The notes beneath the pieces were generated by a model. The model had not been told where the DNA came from, ran no database searches, and was given only the letters and a program-made list of their open reading frames with translations. From Gammaproteobacteria bacterium (GTDB taxonomy: Bacteria; Pseudomonadota; Gammaproteobacteria; Natronospirales; JAJUFS01): 59,925 bases of DNA. The DNA is taken from positions 1 through 59,925 of the forward strand of contig DASVCH010000172.1 in NCBI GenBank assembly GCA_036381715.1, read 5' to 3'. A program made the position numbers and the translations under genes. This document shows positions 56,119 through 59,925 of this stretch, one piece after another (position 1 is the stretch's first letter; each line of letters opens with the position of its first letter).

Positions 56119-57549
56119 TCATTGTCTCCTGAAGTGATCCGCGATCACGTTCGCGACGCACATCGTCAGTTTCTTTCCCATCGGAATGTGCAGGAACTCG
56201 TTCGGTCCGTGCGCATTCGATTTCGGCCCGAGCAGGCCGGTGACGATGAACTGCGAGTCCGGGAATTTTTCCGCCAGCATGCCCATGAACGGAATCGAAC
56301 CGCCCATGCCCCAGTAGACGACGTCCTTGCCGAAGTATTCGTTCGACGCCTTGTTCATTGACTCGTGGAGCCAGGGTGCGACGGCCGGCGCGTCCCAGCC
56401 GCTCGCGGCGGAGCCGGTGTGGAACGCGGCTTTCGCGCCGTAGATCGCGGGCCGGTCGTTGATCGCCTTTTCGATCGCCTTCGCCGCCTTGCCGGCATCG
56501 ACAGTCGGCGGCGTGCGGAAGGAAAGCTTCAACGACGTGTACGGCCGCAGGGTGTTGCCGGCCATGCCGAGCTCCGGCATGCCTTCCTGGCCGGTGACGG
56601 CGAGCATCGGCCGCCAGGTGTTGTTGAGCACGAGTTCATACGCATCGTTCGACATCGGCTGCATGCCGTCGACGAAGGGCAGGTCCTGGTCGGCGTGCTC
56701 GCCGAGCACTTCTGCCGCGTGCCGCGCTTCGGCCTTGCGGTTCTCGGGAACATCCGTGTTCAGTTCCTTCACGAGGATTTCGCCGGTCGCGGTGTCCTCG
56801 ATGCGATCCAGCAGTTCGCGCAGTACGCGGAAGGAGGAGGCGGTGATGCCGCTGGCCATGCCGGAATGCACGCCTTCGGTCAGCACGTCCGCGCGCAGCG
56901 TGCCGACGATGTTGCCGCGCAGCGAGGTGGTCACCCAGAGCTGTTCGTAGTTGCCGCAGCCGGCGTCGAGACAGACGACGAGGCTCGGCTCGCCGATGCG
57001 GTCCTTGAGGTGGTCGATGTATTCCGGCAGGCCGACGGAGTTGGACTCCTCGCAGCATTCGATGACCAGCACGCAGCGGCGGTGGGGCAGATTCTGCTCC
57101 TGCAGCGCGCGGATGGCGGCGAGCGAACCGAACACGGCGTAACCGTCGTCGGCGCCGCGGCGCCCGTAAAGCCTGTCGCCGCGGATCACCGGCGTCCACG
57201 GCCCCAGGCCTTCCTCCCAGCCGGTGAATTCCGGCTGCTTGTCGAGGTGGCCATAAAGAAGAATCGGATCGTCGCCCTGGCCGGCCGCGCCGCCGAAGGC
57301 GTCCACTTCCACGAAAAGCAGCGGCGTGTAACCGTCGAGGCGCATGATTTCGGCTTTCATGCCCTTCACGGGCTGCGATTTCACCCAGCCGAGCGCGAGT
57401 TCCACTGCCTGGTCCATGTAGCCGTGTTTTGCCCAGTCCGCGTCGAAATTCGGGGACTTGTTGGGAATTTTCACGTATTCGATCAGCTGCGGCAGAATCG
57501 AATCGTCCCAGAGCTGGTTGACGAAATCGCGGACCTTGGCGACGTCCAT
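56119..57549 (-). CDS. M20 family metallopeptidase
   Basis: YGHLDKQP, ADDG, CEES, CLD, SLRG, GVHSG, GGSIPF, NAHGPNE. Confidence 0.92.
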   Translation of the reverse strand: MDVAKVRDFVNQLWDDSILPQLIEYVKIPNKSPNFDADWAKHGYMDQAVELALGWVKSQPVKGMKAEIMRLDGYTPLLFVEVDAFGGAAGQGDDPILLYGHLDKQPEFTGWEEGLGPWTPVIRGDRLYGRRGADDGYAVFGSLAAIRALQEQNLPHRRCVLVIECCEESNSVGLPEYIDHLKDRIGEPSLVVCLDAGCGNYEQLWVTTSLRGNIVGTLRADVLTEGVHSGMASGITASSFRVLRELLDRIEDTATGEILVKELNTDVPENRKAEARHAAEVLGEHADQDLPFVDGMQPMSNDAYELVLNNTWRPMLAVTGQEGMPELGMAGNTLRPYTSLKLSFRTPPTVDAGKAAKAIEKAINDRPAIYGAKAAFHTGSAASGWDAPAVAPWLHESMNKASNEYFGKDVVYWGMGGSIPFMGMLAEKFPDSQFIVTGLLGPKSNAHGPNEFLHIPMGKKLTMCVANVIADHFRRQ

Positions 57550-57639
57550 GACGGCTCCTTTGGCATGCATGGGGAAAAACGGGCGCTCAGGGTACCTGAT
57601 TTGGCGATGCCGCGGCAGGCGGTAAAGGAGGGGTTGTAC

Positions 57640-57685
57640 CTATATGCGAAATCCTATAAAAAGCACTACAGGATTCTGCATACAG
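57640..57685. promoter_or_regulatory. Imperfect inverted repeat, candidate PadR operator
   Basis: CTATATGCGAAATCCTATA / TACAGGATTCTGCATACAG (15/19) just before the DUF2269-padR pair. Confidence 0.5.
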
Positions 57686-57696
57686 AGGGCGACCCA

Positions 57697-58158
57697 ATGA
57701 TCTACCTGCTGCTCAAGACCGTTCACATCCTCGCCGCCGTGCTGTTCATCGGCAACATCACCACCGGCATTCTCTGGAAACTGCATGGCGACCGCTCGAA
57801 CGACCCCCGCGTCATGGCGCACACGCTGGCCGGCATCATCCGCGCCGATCGCTGGTTCACCATGCCCGCCGTGATCGTGCTTTTGCTCAGCGGTCTCGGC
57901 CTCGCGCACGTCGGCGGCTATCCGTTCTTCGGTACGTTCTGGATCTGGGCCGGGCTTGCGCTGTTCGTCGCAACCGGCATCGTGGCGGGCCGCTGGGTTG
58001 CGCCGGTGCAGAGGAAGCTGCTGGCCGTGGCCGGCGCGCCGCAGTTCGACGCGCAGGAATACGCGCGGCTTTCGGCCGCGTGGGCAAGGAGCGGCAGCAT
58101 CGCCACGCTGCTGCCGCTCGCAGCGCTCGTGCTCATGGTCTTCAAGCCGGTTTTCTGA
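57697..58158 (+). CDS. DUF2269-family integral membrane protein
   Basis: YLLLKTVHILAA.LF.G, AD.WFT.P, C-terminal LMVFKP. Confidence 0.85.
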   Translation: MIYLLLKTVHILAAVLFIGNITTGILWKLHGDRSNDPRVMAHTLAGIIRADRWFTMPAVIVLLLSGLGLAHVGGYPFFGTFWIWAGLALFVATGIVAGRWVAPVQRKLLAVAGAPQFDAQEYARLSAAWARSGSIATLLPLAALVLMVFKPVF

Positions 58159-58160
58159 GC

Positions 58161-58724
58161 ATGAGTCTTGATCGCATCCTGCTCGGCATCCTTCGGAAAC
58201 CGGCATCCGGTTACGACATCAAGCAGCAGTTCGAGAAGGTGTTCCGGCATTTCTGGTCGGCGGATCTCGCGCAGATCTACCGCGCGCTGGCGAAGCTCGA
58301 AAAGGAAGGGCTGCTTGAACGTCGCACGGAGCCGTCGGCGCGCGGGCCGGACCGCAAGGTGTACACGCGCACCGCGGCGGGATCGGAACGCCTGCGCGAG
58401 TGGCTTGCGGAGGGTCCGGTGTTCGGGACGGAAAAGTTCACCTATCTCGCGCAGGCATTCTTTCTCGCCGAAGCGGCGCCCGAGGAGCGCATCGCGTTCT
58501 ACGAAGCGTTGCGTGAACGCCTCATGGAGCAGCACGCGACGCTCGCGGCGATAGAACAGAACTGGCGGCAGTCGGGCGGGGCGGATTTTCCCGCAAATCT
58601 CGACGAGGCGGACTTTCACTCGTATCTCACGCTCGACATGGGCGTGCAGAAGACGCGCGCGCTGGTGGAGTGGGCGGATGCGTCGCTGGCGCGCATTCAC
58701 GCTCGAACGCGAAAGCGCAACTAA
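58161..58724 (+). CDS. PadR-family transcriptional regulator
   Basis: LLG.L..PASGYDI, HFWSA...QIY..L..LE, GPDRKVY. Confidence 0.92.
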   Translation: MSLDRILLGILRKPASGYDIKQQFEKVFRHFWSADLAQIYRALAKLEKEGLLERRTEPSARGPDRKVYTRTAAGSERLREWLAEGPVFGTEKFTYLAQAFFLAEAAPEERIAFYEALRERLMEQHATLAAIEQNWRQSGGADFPANLDEADFHSYLTLDMGVQKTRALVEWADASLARIHARTRKRN

Positions 58725-58781
58725 TGTCAGGCCGGCTCGAACGGCGATCGGTAGAGTTCCGCTTGCCAAGGGAGAAACCTG

Positions 58782-59666
58782 ATGAATGACGCGGCCCGGC
58801 AGCGCTACCGGCTACGGTTTCAACGCGTGCTGGATTACATCGACACGCACCTGGACGAAAATCCGGGCGTGGACGCGTTGAGCCGCGTGGCGCATTTCTC
58901 CAGGTTTCATTTTCACCGGCAGTTTTCCGAATACGTCGGCATTGGCGTCGGCCGTTACGTGCAGTTGCTGCGCTTGCGGCGCGCGGCTTGCCAGCTCGCG
59001 TTTCGCGAGGACCTGCGCGTGACCGACGTGGCGCTGGCGGCGGGGTTCGAGCGGCCGGAAACGTTCAGCCGCGCGTTTCGCAAGTGGTTCGGACAAAGTC
59101 CCGTTGCCTTCAGGAAGGCGCCGGCCTGGGAGCCCTGGCATGGCATCGTCAATTCACTGTATCGCAAGGAGAACGCTTCCATGAAACAGCATCATGGCGA
59201 CAACGAGGTCCGAATCGAGGCGTTCCGTGAAACGCCCATTGCCGTTCTGGAGCACCGCGGCGCGCCCGAAGGCCTCAACGAAACGCTGCGGATTTTCATC
59301 GCCTGGCGCAGGCGCTTCGGCCCGTCACCGCGCGTCAGCGACACGTACAACCTCGTTTATCACGATCCCGCGACAACGCCGGCAGAGGAGTACCGCTTCG
59401 GTATTGCCGCGTCGGTTGACGGCGACGTGGCGGACAACGACTACGGCGTGGTGCGGCAGGTGATTCCGGCCGGGCGTTGCGCGGTGCTGCGGCACGTCGG
59501 ACCGGACCGGAACATCGGCGAAAGCGTGCGCATGCTTTACCGCGAGTGGCTGCCGGCCAGCGGCGAGGAGTTGCGCGACTTTCCGATCTTCTTCCACCGC
59601 ATCAAGCTGTTTCCGGACGTGCCCGAAAGCGAAATGTTGACGGACGTCTATCTGCCTTTGCAGTGA
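58782..59666 (+). CDS. AraC-family regulator with GyrI-like ligand-binding domain
   Basis: FSRFHFHRQF, FSRAF...FGQSP, IPAGRCAVLRH.G, WLP.SGEELRDFP. Confidence 0.93.
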   Translation: MNDAARQRYRLRFQRVLDYIDTHLDENPGVDALSRVAHFSRFHFHRQFSEYVGIGVGRYVQLLRLRRAACQLAFREDLRVTDVALAAGFERPETFSRAFRKWFGQSPVAFRKAPAWEPWHGIVNSLYRKENASMKQHHGDNEVRIEAFRETPIAVLEHRGAPEGLNETLRIFIAWRRRFGPSPRVSDTYNLVYHDPATTPAEEYRFGIAASVDGDVADNDYGVVRQVIPAGRCAVLRHVGPDRNIGESVRMLYREWLPASGEELRDFPIFFHRIKLFPDVPESEMLTDVYLPLQ

Positions 59667-59690
59667 CCGCCGCGACAGCACGGGCTGCAA

Positions 59691-59720
59691 AAAAAAGCGC
59701 CTGCATTTTGCAGGCGCTTT
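59691..59720. terminator. Bidirectional terminator
   Basis: AAAAAAGCGCCTGCA-tt-TTGCAGGCGCTTT between convergent genes. Confidence 0.8.
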
Positions 59721-59744
59721 CCGGTCTTTCAGGTCAACGCGCAG

Positions 59745-59925
59745 TCATGCGGAGGCGCGTTGGGGTTCGGCGTTTGCGTTCGGACCGTTCAGCAGCGCAT
59801 CGCGCGTCGCTTCCACGATCAGGTCGACTTCTTCCGAGGTGATCGCGAAATGCGGCGTGAAACGCAGCGAATTCGCGCCGCCGTGGATCACGCCCACGCC
59901 CTGCATGCGCATGTATTCCTCGGTG
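59745..59925 (-). CDS. C-terminus of a class III PLP aminotransferase (truncated by window; absent from the ORF track)
   Basis: TEEYMRMQGVGVIHGGANSLRFTPHFAITSEEVDLIVEATRDALLNGP...stop at 59745; LRFTP..ITxEE.D is the class III C-terminal pattern. Confidence 0.75.
   Translation of the reverse strand, partial: TEEYMRMQGVGVIHGGANSLRFTPHFAITSEEVDLIVEATRDALLNGPNANAEPQRASA

Overview
High-GC gammaproteobacterial chromosome segment, mostly core genome. In order: (1) thrS(partial)-infC-rpmI-rplT-pheS-pheT-ihfA-merR-like-tRNA-Pro(GGG). (2) A block after the tRNA with two peptide-ligase systems: a retropepsin-like lipoprotein + inactive-transglutaminase/7TM protein + RimK-like ATP-grasp operon, and the NAGGN osmolyte operon. 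A stand-alone TolB/TPR protein and a beta-propeller-sensor GGDEF protein lie between them. (3) A partial type II secretion cluster gspGHIJKLMN, divergent from a rhombosortase. (4) fabD-fabG-acpP-fabF-pabB-pabC-mltG-tmk-holB-pilZ-tatD. (5) A cNMP-cNMP-rhodanese gene and a PsrA-like TetR/FadJ/YciA unit. (6) Stress and signalling genes: ClsB-like PLD, SodC, SDR, CsoR-family repressor, pirin, 7-PAS hybrid kinase + REC-EAL, GST, M20 peptidase, PadR, AraC. I saw no CRISPR, integrase, transposase or prophage. The most notable non-coding signals are a dispersed CAGGAT-based repeat family at gene 3' ends (4 loci), a (GAAAGGC)10 array with mirror-image heptamers around a bidirectional terminator, GTAG-type REP doublets sharing a 21-nt module with the gspH ribosome-binding site, and PsrA-like boxes both at the TetR gene and upstream of acpP-fabF. 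The best candidate for an uncharacterised system is the protease/7TM/ATP-grasp operon at 7109-10432. All family calls are by eye from motifs; no database search was run.
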